Of a DNA stretch of 64,000 bases, positions 13,111 through 25,654 are shown one piece after another. This DNA is from Antedon mediterranea (taxonomy: Eukaryota > Animalia > Echinodermata), in assembly GCF_964355755.1 (NCBI RefSeq), contig NC_092674.1:12586001-12650000 (forward strand). Reading direction: 5' to 3'. Positions within the stretch are counted from its first letter, which is position 1. Each line of letters begins with the position of its first letter. The notes under the pieces are model-generated. The model was given only the letters and a program-made list of their open reading frames with translations. It had not been told where the DNA came from and searched no databases. The position numbers were made by a program, and so were the translations under genes.

Positions 13111-13662
13111 CCCATATCGTATCTTTATGTGTTTTCAGTATGCTGTTATTTACGTACCTATAGAGCAACACCTTCCCCGCGATTATGTGTACATTTAATG
13201 AAGAAAGAACAATACTTAAAACTGTTACGTAAAAAAGGCGAGCGGCGTTTATTGTATGTAATATTTTAGATTAGTTAATATTATCAACATGCACAAGTAC
13301 CTTAAATTGAATTCTACAATGTAAAGGATTCCAATGAAAAAAAAATGGTCCTGCTCTAAAACGTAGTGACAACTCAAATACGAGTTATTTTGTAAGATCT
13401 TGCTTGAAGGTATCCATTGCTTTAAAAGACAACGAAAGTCAATATTAACCTTGACAAGGCACCGGTGTTCCGAACCATAATTATGTGAGAGGTACGACCG
13501 CCGTGCAGTTATCGACAGTACAGTCATCCTCGCTACAAATTACAGTGTCTATAATATGACCCGCATTGTGGTTGGTTTATTTACCTATATTATTACCGGC
13601 ACGCCCATTAAATCACACTGAATTATATAGCACCAGTTATTAATAATATTTGTAACACTTAC

Positions 13663-13761
13663 ATTGTTTGGAAGATCCACTTTAGCACCTGCCTTGAGCA
13701 AAATAGTGCAAACGTCTGTGTGGCCCTCTTGTGCAGCCACATTTAAAGGTGACCATCCATT
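13663..13761 (-). CDS. Ankyrin-repeat exon type C (NGWSPLNVAAQEGHTDVCTILLKAGAKVDLPNN)
   Basis: 99 nt with canonical splice sites; inside ORF 13585..13776. Confidence 0.92.
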
Positions 13762-14830
13762 CTGAAATAATAACAAACATCATGTTATTGTAGTAGTAGT
13801 AGTAGTAGTAGTATAGTCTTCTCCAAAAAGCTAATTAATATTGTATTGAAATTGTTTCGATGTGATCAAGTAAAACTAGCTTAAAAGCCAGGTGAGGGCA
13901 AACAAATTCTATTGATCTTGCATTCCCCTATGTTTCATAATGTTTGTGATGTTATGTGTGTTACACGAGCTTGTTGAAAATATGCACTTTATTATCAGTG
14001 GTGGATAGTTCAAATTACAATAAAATCTCTATTCATTTGTACACAAATGTTGTAAATAGAGAGACAATTTAAAAAAAATCTAAAAATAAACAGTGTGGTA
14101 AAAATGTTATCAGAGGACTAAATATAGATAATACTTCATAGTTTTATTTTCATGCTATAGTAAAATTATCCACCGTATATCCACCACCTTTTTTCACCTT
14201 CTATAGAGTCACCAGACATGTAATTAAACTAGGTTAAACTACTTAACTACTGAAAAAAGTCTTCCTGGTTTTTATAACAGAATGTTACCAAATTTTGTAT
14301 TTGACCATTTTAAGGGAAATCCATGTGTTTTCGTCTTGATGTCTATTACTATATATTATTTGATTTATGTACAATTAACAAGATATTATATTTAAAATTC
14401 ATGCCTGTATCTAAGCTTTAACTTAAATAAAGATTATTAACCTTTGATGTTTTCTTAAAGATAATGTATTGTATATACATGCATTTGTTTTGCTTGTATA
14501 CTATTTTGTTATATAGTATAGTACGGTACTTTTGTACGTAGCATTTATATACTGCAAATTTGGTAAGATGTTGTGGTCCTTAATATGAAAGATGGCACTA
14601 GTTCTGCTGTCAGTTATTTTGCTACAATTATCAAAGAACCTATAGATACAGTGCACTGATTGGGTAATAGAATAATGTAGTTTGATGACTACGGTTAGTG
14701 TAATTTTGCGACAGTTGAAAACTTCAACATTTAAGTTTTTTTGTTGGAGACATTGATATACCCACTGTCATATCTTACTTCTTACTTGAATCTTTGGGCT
14801 TTTAAACGCCCTCCATTTCTTCTGTATTTA

Positions 14831-15337
14831 ACTAGAATTGGTACTCATAAATTTCAGGGCATAAATAATCATATGGCAATACAATTACGTGCGTAGCGCA
14901 TGTAACGCATGCGTACGCGCGCTTAAAATTTTCAAAATCTATTTTCGATGAAATAAGAGTACATTTCAGGCAATTTTAAGCGTTTACAAAATTGCCATGA
15001 GTGCGCATATTTTTGCGCGCGCACTGCGCGTTAAATGTTATTGCGTACTCTTTTTGCCCGATTTCTGTTTTCTTGACTTACTTTTCAACTCGAAATTACG
15101 TTATACGAGCACGTCGAAAGTGACAGGCTACGCACGTGTAAATTAAAAAAATATAAATGTTTTTAAACATTTCAACATTTTTAAACATGTTCAGTAATTT
15201 CGGTCAGTATAGTTCACTATGTTGGTCGGTCTGTCTGTCTGTCGGTCTGTCGGTCTATCTGTCGGTCTATCGGTCTGTCTGTCGGTCCGGTATCACTATG
15301 CATTGTAGCACGCGACTTAATGGCTGTTGGCCTTGTT
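14831..15337. mobile_element. HINE/DINE-1-like (non-autonomous Helentron-type) element, possibly composite
   Basis: (GTCT/GTCG)n microsatellite 15222-15290 followed by CACGCGACT...GGCCTTGTT end; left end resembles a reverse HINE 3' end; copies at ~47350..47856 and ~49772..50266. Confidence 0.45.
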
Positions 15338-16315
15338 CTTTTTAAGATGTTCAATTCTAATATAATTAATACTGACAATTTATTTAATATTCCTGTGATA
15401 TTTCTGTGATTAGTTCTTTAGTTCTTTTAAATATGTCTACTATAATCTTTCTTCAGGTTGATGTACTTATATTTCCATCCTTACCTTCTATCACGTAAAG
15501 TATTAAGAGTACACGCCGGTTCATGTGCGCCATATTATTGCTCATATATTCTTTACTAAAATAATTTTGCAAGCACGTTAATGTATTGATTCAACATTAC
15601 TTTGTTTATCAATATTGGGTTGTATATTCATATGAAGTAATAATATTAACAAGGTCAACACTCGGGAAACCAAATTTTCTGGAAAAAAGCAATGGATTTG
15701 ATACTGCATGACATTTTTTTCTGTTATTAACCATAATAGGAAGTAAAAATAAAAAGTCAACTATTGCTATATTTTGGGGTTAAAGGTCACGTCACCAAAT
15801 ACAGGCCAAAAATATATCAAAAAATCATATTTTTTAAATAAAACCATTAATACAATTAACTAGAGAATGTAGAGGCCCGTTGTGTTAAGAAAGCCGAAAA
15901 ATATCGTGCATAGCCATAATACGTGATTTTGGCCCTCTATCGGCAGAACCTCCCGTAATCGGCCACTTTTCAATTTCATAAAATAAGGCAATTAATAGGA
16001 GTTGATACCTTAGTGGTTATAACAGCCCAGGTCTATAGTCTACTTTAGTTAAGTATGGTCAACAACATGAATTCCAGAAAAGTGAGTGCTAAATTAAACT
16101 AAATTTGAACTTATCAAGCCCACATTTTTTTCGCAAATACTGTAGGAGCAAATCCAAGCCTAAGCAACTGAAGAAAAGATATTTAGGCCTAGCCTATATG
16201 TCATAAGTAAGCCCATTAATTACAATTTATCACGGTTGGTTTCTTCGGAAAATAGAGAACTCTACGAACGCCTCTTGCCTTAGGCTTGTCCTTTAATATT
16301 CGTAATCCCCAACGT

Positions 16316-16825
16316 ATGGTGTTCCGAAATGGTGGGGATGAAAAATGGTACATAAATAATATCAATATAGAAATAGTAAAATAATATAAATATTTAGGTT
16401 TTTATTTTAATAATAAGGGGGATTGGAACACGATGAAAATTAAACAGGCGGAAAATCACGCTTTACATTATCGTGCCATAATCTGTTGATTGAAAAGGGG
16501 CAACATTTAAAAATTAACCGAGAGTCTAGAATATGCATGTTTTGTGATCAATTAAGTTTAGAAGATGAAAAACATTTTCTTTTTTACTGTCCTTTTTATA
16601 AAAACATTAGAAAAAAATATATGTCTGATTTAAATGTATAGGCTACATTAAAAAAAATATACATAGGCCTATAAACAATGAAACCCAAAAAAATTAAGTA
16701 TTTGCAACCTATTATGTAAAGCTTATGAAAAGAGAAAAACCTGTATTTCCAAAAATAATATAGATTTTATTATGTGAAATGGGCCGGAGGCCACTGTTTA
16801 TTGAAATAAAAAGAAAGAAAGAAAG
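16316..16825 (+). mobile_element. RTE-X-like LINE 3' fragment
   Basis: RICMFCDQLSLEDEKHFLFYCPFY Cys/His motif, aataaa + (AAAG)n tail; truncated copy of 55813..57065. Confidence 0.65.
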
Positions 16826-16929
16826 TTGGTCTATACATCAGCGTACTACAGAAACGGCTTTGTTAAAAGTCAAAGCATATATTCTCCACAACTTTGCCAC
16901 AGGTCGCGTGGTTATAAGCAATAATTGAT

Positions 16930-18089
16930 ACGTGTCATCCGTGTTCGACACAGTGGACCATACAGTTTTAATTAATAGATTATCTAATGAGTTTGAGTAT
17001 CAAATTTGGTGCTATAAATTGAATTGAATCATATTTAGACAACCGACGTTACAAGGTCAAATTGTTGGGTTGTGAATCTGTAAAAACAAAAATTAAAGTC
17101 GGTGTCCCACAGGGGTCAACAATTAGCCCGGCATTTTTTACAGCGTATACTAGACCTATTGCCGATATTATAAAGTTTCATAATGTTGGGTATCATCTAT
17201 ATGCTGATGATACCCAACTTTATTCAAACTTTGATCCTAAAATAGCCGGTGACTTAGAAGTGTCTATTTTTTAGATTAATAATCTGTATCAAAAAACTTA
17301 AAATATGGATGTGTAAAAACAAACTTACGTACGCTTAATGAGCAAAAGACAGAACTTTTAGTTTTGGTTCCACAACAGGTTAATATTAATGATACTAAAA
17401 TTGAACTTAATATTTGTGGTGACATTCGGAAACCATCAGATACCTTTACGAATCTTTGATACAGACCTTAGCATGACAACTCATATTAATATGATTCGTC
17501 GCACTGTTAACTGGTATCAAAGAGGTCTACGTAGAATAAGACATTCTTAGATAATAAGACATGCGCTGAGGCGACTAGGTCCCTTGTTCTCTCTAGATTG
17601 GACTATTTTAATTCGCCGTTTGTTGGTATATCTATTAATTTAACACAGACAGCGATTGCAAAGACTACAAAACCGAGTATTTTAGGTGCCTTTGAATGTA
17701 AGAGCAGAACCTCTTCTCAACGAGCTTCATTGGCTTTTCATTCATTGTAGAATCCAAAGTAAGGTACTTTTGCATGTTTATAACTGTCTCGCAAACCTAG
17801 CACCAGATTACTTTCAAGATTTTTCAAGTATGAACCTGTGTTCTTGAATGCTCTTCCAGCACAAATTAGAATGGCTGAATCGATTGTTTTGTTTAAACGC
17901 TTTTCTTAAAACGTATTTATTTCCCAAGTAGTTTTTATATCTGAGACTTCTATATTTTTATATATTTATATTTTCCTATATGTCATTTTTCATTGAGATC
18001 TCTATTTTTATATCTTAAACTTGTAACAAAATATGTTAAGGGCTTTGATCAACTATATCGCTATATAAGCAATTATTATTAATTATTAT
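16930..18089 (+). mobile_element. Degenerate L2/CR1-group LINE, RT and 3' end
   Basis: FDTVDH, GVPQGS, YADDTQLY, ELHWL motifs with stops and frameshifts; (ATT)n-like tail; second copy ~57170..57886 has an internal deletion. Confidence 0.75.
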
Positions 18090-18091
18090 CA

Positions 18092-18128
18092 CTAGATAGT
18101 ACGCGAGCGAAGCGAGCATACCTTCTAG
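18092..18128. mobile_element. Helitron-like 3' terminal hairpin (isolated)
   Basis: ctagatagtacgc-gagcgaagcga-gcataccttctag, similar to the hairpin/CTAG end at 912-949; other end not located. Confidence 0.35.
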
Positions 18129-20451
18129 GTCGTGTCCACAGATAGTTCTCAAATACACAGTAATTCCAGCGTAAAAAACTGGCGATTTTAAATGTACTTA
18201 CCGAAGGACTATAAATACATTGTCGTTTTCCGAAACGAATAAATAGACACGATGATTAATGTAGTCAACTAAAATTAACACCCATGGAATTAGGCCTACT
18301 TCCGAAGGAGAAACTTGTCTTAAAAATGAGTCCAAGTTTTTTATTTTAACTCATTTAAACAAACCCAATTTGTGTTTTGTATATACATTAGAGTTGAGGG
18401 ATGGGGAAGAGGATGGGAAGATCAATTTTTAAACAAATTCTTTATCCACTCAGTAACGAAATATCGTTTTAAATGTTTTATAGGCCTATCAATAATATAC
18501 CACTAAACAAAGTAAAACATTTACGATTTAATACTTTTTTAAAACTGTCTCTTTTATAGTCGATTGAAATAGTAAAGTACATGTAACGATACACCACTAC
18601 GACGTTTATATTTTTATAATTATTAATTAATACAAACGTTGAGAAGCAACTCTCAGTAATACAGTTTTTATTTGTGTATTATGTGTTTATATATCCAGCA
18701 GTAGAGCCTACCCACAGTCACAGTAATAAATGTTCTTTGTATATGTGTTTATATATCTAACAGTAAGAACATTCACAGTAAGAAAATATTTGTAACAGAA
18801 ATCAAGACGAAAAAACATGAATTTCCCTTAATATTGTCGAATACAAAATATGGCAAAATTCTGCCATAAAAACCAGGAAGACTTTTTTTCAGTAGTTAGG
18901 TCTTGATATATTCGTAACGTACGCATATTCAAATGAACCAAATTCACTAGAATTTAGTAAGGAAGCAAGTTTTAGATTCGTCTTAAAAATATCATATCAT
19001 CGCATCCCATCCTATTACTATTGAAACCGAATTGAAACATTTTAACAAGCTTTTTATGATGGTCACACACATCGTCAGATCTATGTATAGTAATGAGAAA
19101 TATACAAACAATGATGTTGTTGTGATGTCGGGGTGGGTGTTTGGGGAAGGCATTTGTTGGTAACATTAATTTCATAATAAAATAAATTCACCTAGATATG
19201 AACAAGTACAACACTGTATTTCGTATTATCAATAAGTGATAACAGTAAACAATTGTATGAAAATAATTGTTAAATAGATATAACAGTTAATCAATTATTC
19301 AACATAATATAATTATATTTGTGTTATAATAATACAGAATTGTGTGTATAAATATATGTGGGTGGCGTGGCGTTTATTAGAGGGTGGAGGTTGAATATAC
19401 CAAAGATGTTTTATGGGGGAGAGGGCGTTCGTATCTCGGGTCTCAACGGCGATAAATGCAGATAGCGCGCAACCTGTTCAAATCTAACATCAACTCAACA
19501 ACTCGGCTACCATTCGGCTATATCGAGATTTTACCTGATTTAAAATACATCTATGATTACAGCTATAATCAGTTCTCCCGATGTAGTCATATACCCCGTT
19601 TATGATATTTAAAATTGTATATACTGATTTTAAAATTTACCCGCAATATAATTCGATGATGTTTTAATATAATTGATTTGTTGATCGTTTTTTTGCACAA
19701 ACAAAAATGTGATGTGCCCATATATGGACATGATGATGTCATATAATTACCAAATTACCAAATTTTGGGCACACTAATGTTATAGTGTAGACAGCTTGGA
19801 ATGTTACGCGTGGCCGTAAAAAAAGCAAAACAAACATTGGAGGGGAGCAAAAACTCGGAAGTCGCAAAATAGTATTAGTGAAATGCGTAATAACAATGCA
19901 GTAATATTTATTAATTCATAAAGTTTATGAAATAATCAAATTAAAATAATTATTACAAAGTGCGACAGACAGTTATTACAAAGTGCGACAGCTCGATTAC
20001 TACAAGTGCGACACAGTACAAACGGGGTTTACAGATAGTAATTATATGCGATGTGTCTTTTTTAAGACAGTACTTATCAGGAATGGACCCTATTTGTGTC
20101 CTTTCTTGCGTTTCGGGATCATTAATTTGAAAATAATATTAAGTTCTGTGGTGAGATCTTACTTGGAGATTCAGGGCTTTAAATGACTGCGACTTAAAAA
20201 CTGTCTTTGATTTATCTTACTTCCCAATGTCAAGATTAACATTGATGAGGCAGCGTTGTTCCGAATTACGTGAGGGGTACCGTGCAGTTCTCGACAATAC
20301 AGTCATCCTCACTACAAAGAGGCCTAAGTTGGTTCATTTAGGTATGTTATTACTGATACGCCCTTTAAAAATTGTAAAATTAGCACTTTGTTTTAATCAC
20401 ACTGAATTATATACTGTAGTACATATTATTATTAATGTTTGTAGCACTTAC

Positions 20452-20550
20452 ATTCTCCTGAAGATCCAAATTAGCACCTGCCTTGAGCAAAATAGTGCAA
20501 ACATCCGTTTGGCCCTTTAGTGCAGCCACATATAAAGGTGACGCTCCATT
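20452..20550 (-). CDS. Ankyrin-repeat exon type D (NGASPLYVAALKGQTDVCTILLKAGANLDLQEN)
   Basis: 99 nt, canonical splice sites, manual translation. Confidence 0.92.
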
Positions 20551-21342
20551 CTGAAATATTACAAACATTATGTTATAGTATTTTTTACTCTAAACAAAGT
20601 ATTATAATATTGTCCTGCAATCAATACGATGTAATCAATTAAAAATAACGTTATAGATTTAAATAATGGTAATAATAGAGGGCTAAAATCACGCATTATG
20701 GCTTTGCACGATATTTTTTGGCGTTCCAGATAATTGTTTTTTTTATTGTTTACGTGTTTTAATATTATTTATGATTTTCAGACAAATTTTAAAAGCTTAT
20801 ATGCATGAAAATAGTGTAGTTTTCTCATCTTCTAAATCAAATGTCAACTGTATACGTGAAGCATAATTTTATTGGATTGTTATTGTATTGTATTATATTG
20901 TTAAAACAATACATTTCAGTTCCAACTTATCCTTACATACATAAACTTGGTTCTTAATTGATATGAAAATCCTTATTGCAGCTTAAAAGAAGCTATACTG
21001 GTATTGAGCGCAGTAACATCTGACAAACGGCGGGCTTTGATAACTGCTGTAAAATCAACAGGGGCTAAATTTGAACCAGAACATTGGGTTAACCCGATAT
21101 TAATCACGAAAGATGCCCTGGATTATTTATCATCATGTTTTAAATCAGATGTAATTGGAATTCTATAAACCTCAGCTTCATCCCTATTTCTAGATAAATG
21201 CCATTCATACTCATTGAGAGTTGGCTGGTTTATTTAGCAGAAACCAGATATCCTTTAACTTGCATCAGCTTAAACTTATTATAGTTTGACCAAAATTATG
21301 CAAATATCCCTCCTACTCCCCTTGGGAGTTTTCTGCCGCTAG

Positions 21343-21879
21343 TTAGACCCCCTCCAAGGCAATTATTGTTATTGATTATACGAATTACGTAATTAGTTAG
21401 CTTAGCAATGATCTATGCCTCAAAAGCTCGGACGAGTTAGAATTTGAGGCGAAATGTCATAGGTCAAGGTCACAACTAACAAAAAACTATTTTACTGCCT
21501 AGAGACCACAGTTTTTATCCAATTCTCACTAAATTTAGCCACAATGATCAATGATTCATCATATAATTGTGGTTAAATTTTGAAGAGTCAGGGTCAAAGA
21601 TCAAGGTTCACAAAAAACAAAAAAAAAGAAATAAAAAAAAAAATTAAAAAAAAAACCTCGGTGTGACTTAAACCTGCGACCTCAACTGTGAGAGGCTGGA
21701 TACATAATCATTACACCAAACTTTCATCCACAACTTTGCAGTGTGTAGTTAGCCTATTTACACTTAGAACTAATAAAAAAAAATAAAAAATAAATATATA
21801 TATATATATTTTCCAGAGACATTTTATGTAGGGGAATTTTACAGTAGGCGGAGGTTTGTACTCTCAGAGTACCCTCTAG
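21343..21879 (+). mobile_element. HINE (non-autonomous Helentron)
   Basis: Subterminal IR accccctcc / ggcggaggt, 3' hairpin gtactctcagagtac then CTAGTT, aggtcaaggtca motifs; copy ~31666..32202; only the 3' end survives at ~61270..61303. Confidence 0.65.
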
Positions 21880-22544
21880 TTGGAACTGTTATTTGTAATA
21901 GTACAGGCCTAATTTAAATGCAGAAGCTCACAGTAAGTTTACGTCGTTGTACCATTGTTTCCTGATAATTGGAATGTAATCAGTTTTTATTATAGTGATT
22001 TTTGATTTGACAAATTAAATTTGTCAAAACCAGAAATCACTATAATGTATGACTGATGAGTTCAAGTTCAATCTGAAAACATCACTGATGACACAAATTA
22101 TAGCTAAACATTAATTATTATTGTCAACATAATCGAGTTGAAGGTATTGCTGTATATGTACGTAAATATCATAGTATAGCATACTGACAAAAAACGTTAC
22201 ATAAGGTAATTAGTCTATTTTCGTATACTAAGCGACTTACATTTTCTATACCTGACATAATTATTTGAATTATGTATATCCCAATATATTTGGTTGGTGT
22301 CATAATAGGCGATTTTAAACTCTCATAAACATGCAATGAAATCCTCGTTATTGAAAAAAAAATCTATTTATTAATATTAATATAATATGTTTTCTCTTTT
22401 TACTTGGTTAGATAAAACATGTTACCGAGAAACGGCAAACATTCTAGTTTAAATTCTTTATGTTAAGTACCCACAGATTGCACTATTTTCTGTAAGCTTA
22501 AATAGGTTTTCTTTTCGTTCATGTGTTGGGAATAGAAAATATTA

Positions 22545-24714
22545 CAGTGGGGGAAAGGCACTTCGCGTTTTGACCGTTAAATCGTGTAAAATCGACTTAC
22601 TTCCGCATTGACGATTTTGAAGCGCCACCTATCGTTGAAAACTGAAACCACGATTTTTCGTCGCCTAGCAAATAAGTGCTGTTTTATTTTAAGCTCTCAT
22701 GAATATTTATGAACCGCCCAACATTACCTATTATGGTAAAAGCATTTCCTAATAAGTATAATTGGATAACCAATCGGTTTCCTTCAAAGAAACCAAAGCT
22801 AATACAATACATTCGGCGACTGAAGTCGGGACTCGTGAAATTTATAAATGTGGTACGATTTGACTACTGTTTTGTTGTCCATTTTCTGTCCATAGTCGGA
22901 GGTGCATCCCAACAAATTACAAAAATTATAATCAATTGTTTTATCAAGAATAATATTAGTTTAATCGTTTAATCGAGTATGATATATTTCTATCCTGTTA
23001 AAAATTTGTTGGTGTATTCTCAGGCCTCGAAAGGTAGGTACATTTTGTAGCTGTGAGCGTGGTTTCGGCAACGCGAGACACGTGTATCAGTATAGGCGAT
23101 AGCGAGACGTGTGTTGTACTGTGTTGATGCTGATCCGATAATCGTTAAGTTGTACTGATTACGAGTATCATTGGTCCTGGCCGGCCTAGCCTGGTGATCT
23201 GATCCTCCCAAAAATACTTTTTTCAATCAGTATTAATATTATTATTTTTTTTTTCATTTATTATTTGATTTATTAGGCTCAATAGATGCCTAGCTAGGCT
23301 ACTACTAGTTGGCCTAGATTATATAAATAATAATAGTAAATACTGTAATTTAAATAATAAAATACAGCCCCCCCCCCCCCCCCCGTTTTACTTCTTAGGA
23401 CATCATATAATATTATAATTATATATACAGCCAGACATTAACATTTTTTTTAAATAATATTTATTATTTTTTCTGACACTTTCAGGAATCGTTGATGATG
23501 CAGAGTTCTTCGTCATTGTGACTTCAAATTGAGAGTGAAATGGATAAAAAGATGACACCGGTACCTACCGACATTGTCATACCCAAACTATAATTTAATA
23601 ATTTAAAACAAAATGTTGAATTGCAAATAATATATGTATGTTGCAGAGGATTTAGATGAATTACAATACAAATGTTTTATGTTGAATGCGAGTTATACTC
23701 TGTAAATTATGTTATTGTCATGTGGTAGACCTTAAAAATTGAATATTTATTGTATGCTAGGCCTATATTATATTTTATTAATACTATTACTGTATTACTA
23801 TTATTTATATTAACAGTACTACTATAGTTTGTACATGTTTTTACAAAAAAAAAATGAATAAATAATTTGTTATTCAATCTAATTGCTTATTTGTTCATCG
23901 ATAACAAAACAATTGTAAGCAAGTATATAACAGTTCTTGTTAGCCGCTTATTTCAGGTCATATTATTAATATTACCTAGGCCCGATCACAACGTCACTAA
24001 GTGACTTTCCGCCCCTGGAACAATCGTTCGCTAAATAGGGCTAGGCCTCGGACTCGTATAAAAGCTATTATAATAGTTATGATAAATATTCCTTAACTAA
24101 AATGTATATTGTGATAAATAAACAAGTAATAATATACGTTGTATTGGAATGTATTTATTTATATGAATTCTTATACGCGGACAATTATAAACATCGCGTA
24201 TATCGTTCGCTATAAATAAATTCATAAACACGATGACGACGTGTTTACAAAATGGCGGTTTCGCTAGTTTTCGATGGAACAAATAGAGATACCTTTAGTT
24301 TGAATAGTCGGAGCTGCATCCCAACAACCGAATTTTGTATCTTAATATCGTATTCTGTGGATTATTAATTTTTCTAACAGGGATTTTAAATTCAGGACTG
24401 TTCAATTTTTCTAAATATTTTATTTTAACGATTTTCTAGAGTAGGCTACAATTTCGGAAAAAAGACATTGGTTTATTTTGCCGTTAAATTACAGATTATC
24501 GTTTTGTTCAAATACATTTAATTTTACATGACAATATATCACAACCATTTATGAATTTATTTCACTAACAATATTTTTCCGATAATCAGCTAAATTTACA
24601 AATATTGTGTTTTTCAAACACCCTAAAATTTAGCAATTTTGAACTAAATTAGAAAAGTAGGGCGCCCTCTCCGAGTCGAAATTTGACACGATTTGTCGAC
24701 TGGCTCTCCCACTG
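22545..24714. mobile_element. Non-autonomous TIR DNA transposon (2.17 kb), superfamily uncertain
   Basis: CAGTGGG...CCCACTG ends with a shared subterminal motif aaatcgtgt-aaa-tcgact; empty paralogous site at ~54738-54750; copies at 32868..35039 and 62093..end. Confidence 0.7.
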
Positions 24715-25654
24715 TGTAAAAACAAGTAAAACAGAATAAATTAGCAATTGTCACTGCATACTCATCCTTCAAACTAGCCGCCATCAAGCAAACACTCAAT
24801 TCACACTCATTCAGATAAACAAAAAAATGCACTTATTTTCGGATTATTTTTTTCTTACTTAATTTGTGTATTATTTTATATTAATGTACATCGTTTTTAT
24901 TTAATATTATGACTCCAATTATATATTGGAAATAAGGATTTGATCGAGTCGACTTTAGATTTGCAAGTAACAGAGAAGCATTTCTCTTGTCCGTTGTCAG
25001 AAGGTTATTGAATCTTTGTTGTTGATTTCTCTAATACCTATATGTAATTAACCGCTTTACGTCAATCTGTGTAGTAGGTACTAACAATAATATGTATTAG
25101 AACTCTAGTAACTGTCCTTTTCTGATATCTATCTTCGACTCAATGTATTTCATTTCTTTCATGAATATGAACAGTTTATCTTAAATGAAAGTTGAATTGA
25201 ATTTGAATTGCTTGTTTATTGTATTAACCATTGTCTGTAATTTTAGTATTAATTTCTTTAAAATGAATCTTATGAGCGTTAGTTTTACAGCAACAATAGT
25301 ACTTTATTTAACATTTTATAATAAAAATAAATTACCTTGGATATGAATAAGTACAACACCGTGTTTGATATTATCAAGAAGTGATAACAGTAAACAATTG
25401 TATGAATATGCTTGATAAATAAATAGACATAGCAGTCAATGAATTATTCAACAATTAGTATAATTGTGTTTGTTTTAGAATACAATATTGTGTGTATAAA
25501 TGTACGTGGCGGAGCGTTTATTAGAGGGTGGAGGTTGGATATTCCAAAGATGTTTTATTGGCGAGGGGCGTTTATTCAAATATTTGCGGTAGGCCTAATT
25601 GGTATAATCAATATATTATTTAGTTTAAATCAAACACCAAGTAATGACAATCAT

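Noticed and set aside
13790-13813. (GTA)8 microsatellite near the exon C acceptor as a splicing switch
   Set aside because: Same length in both copies and no evidence of function.
20227-20520. 97-aa plus-strand ORF (copy at 30550)
   Set aside because: Antisense shadow of exon D and its flank; not kept open in the D' copy; no recognisable motif.
20925-21300. Coding-like minus-strand stretch with KARRLSD (possible tyrosine recombinase fragment)
   Set aside because: Single short motif with stops nearby; cannot be supported without a search.
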